Assembly (NCBI GenBank): GCA_027604505.1
Contig: JADIIX010000052.1
Location: 62,001 to 126,000, forward strand
Direction of reading: 5' to 3'
DNA length: 64,000 nucleotides
From: Gonapodya sp. JEL0774
Lineage: Eukaryota
The notes beneath the pieces were generated by a model. The model had not been told where the DNA came from. It saw only the letters and a program-made list of their open reading frames with translations, and did not search any database. The translations under genes were made by a program, and so were the position numbers. Positions 63,109 to 64,000 of this stretch are shown here, in pieces. Position 1 is the stretch's first letter, and every line of letters starts with the position of its first letter.

Positions 63109-63284
63109 TATTACTACTATTGAATGAACTTATAGCATATGGGGAGGATTCATTGCATTCGAAGATGAACCAACAAGCGGTTCAACTGTAATATGCAACC
63201 ACATTCAATCGCAAAACTGCTAGGGAACACGGAGATTTTACTGAGGCACATCGCCGCATCATGGTTTGACTCCTCAGCGTCGAT

Positions 63285-64000
63285 TTAATGTCCTCCCCCA
63301 GCCACAATTACCGCTAAAGACAAAGGCATCACCACACAGCCACTCCCTAGGAGCAACCACGAACCAATTCTGATGGCACGGCGATACCTGCTTGACGGCG
63401 GCAAGCGTACTCGATGCCATCGGGCGTTGAGGCGAACGCGAAGAGGGTGGAGGGCGAGGTAGAAGAGTGGAGGAAGACTGGCAATAGGGTTGGTTGCCAC
63501 AAGAGTAGGAAGGTGTGAATCTCATAGACTCACATGTAACAGAGTCCCACACTTCCTGTGGCGCCGACAACTGCCAGGACCAAATCGAGCCTCGTTACAA
63601 CTGCAGCAACAACATACATGGCAGCCAACAACGCAGAAGTGAGTCCGACAAACTCTCTCCTCTCCCTCGCTGCAACAGCATCTCTCATCTCCGTCCCACT
63701 GGTTCCATCGAGATCGTCGTCTTCGCCTCCCGAGAGACGGATTCCCGACCCGGGTGTTGCAAAACGGCGGAAGATGTTGGACGCGGACATGCGACACGGA
63801 TAGACTTGCAACGGGATAGATACAAGGGCAAAAAGGCCGATGGCAAGGTGGGCTGCAAGAGCGAGGTGGTTAGAGGAGGGGTCTGTTGCGGAACGTGAAT
63901 CAAAAGCGGGTGCGGGCCATTCGGTCACAGACTGGAAGAGGGAGCACATGTTCACGGTACGCAACTCACAACTTTGCACGACGTTGCTTCCAACCGCATC
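63285..64000 (-). CDS. Amino-acid/auxin permease (Aa_trans, Avt/SLC38-like), C-terminal part; 5' truncated by window
   Basis: AAHLAIGLFALVSIPLQVYPCRMS; LTSALLAAMYVVAAVVTRLDLVLAVVGATGSVGLCY/LPPLFY; final TM ending VMPLSLAVIVAGGGH*. Confidence 0.8.

Noticed and set aside
1..64000. tRNA/rRNA genes, autonomous transposase, reverse transcriptase or viral genes, secondary-metabolite cluster
   Set aside because: No such motifs were recognised by eye and no PKS/NRPS/terpene synthase is present. A tRNAscan/Rfam run would be needed to exclude small RNAs.

Overview
Gene-dense, intron-rich eukaryotic DNA, most likely from an early-diverging (zoosporic, chytrid-like) fungus. This is an inference from short GT-AG introns, fungal-type genes (DUF4246, Hrq1, Kri1) and genes that yeasts lack (Rod/KNTC1, DHCR7-type sterol reductase, CHERP-like). 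About 20 protein-coding genes are recognisable, in order: Rod C-terminus, WBP2-like, SP-RING SUMO ligase, DUF4246, TM+SH3 protein, Vps25, Kri1, BCS1-like AAA ATPase, an unknown duplicated-domain protein, a D-Ala-D-Ala-ligase-like ATP-grasp enzyme, a disordered protein with eIF4E-binding and PAM2 motifs, an IQ/coiled-coil protein, a JmjC + zinc-finger protein, a PlsC acyltransferase, CHERP-like, Hrq1, an RGG-PAM2-F-box protein, a cytochrome P450, DHCR7, a Nudix CoA diphosphatase and a partial amino-acid transporter. The clearest non-coding structure is an 840-bp foldback/Mutator-like element (35910-36749). Its long inverted arms are built from ~20-bp tandem subrepeats and it is flanked by a perfect 9-bp direct repeat (AAAAGTAAA). 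Other highlights are two candidate translation regulators with short linear motifs, a 6-nt microexon in the BCS1 pre-Walker A region and a GC-AG intron in the JmjC domain. Exon boundaries were read by eye, so gene ends are approximate unless stated. No database searches were run.
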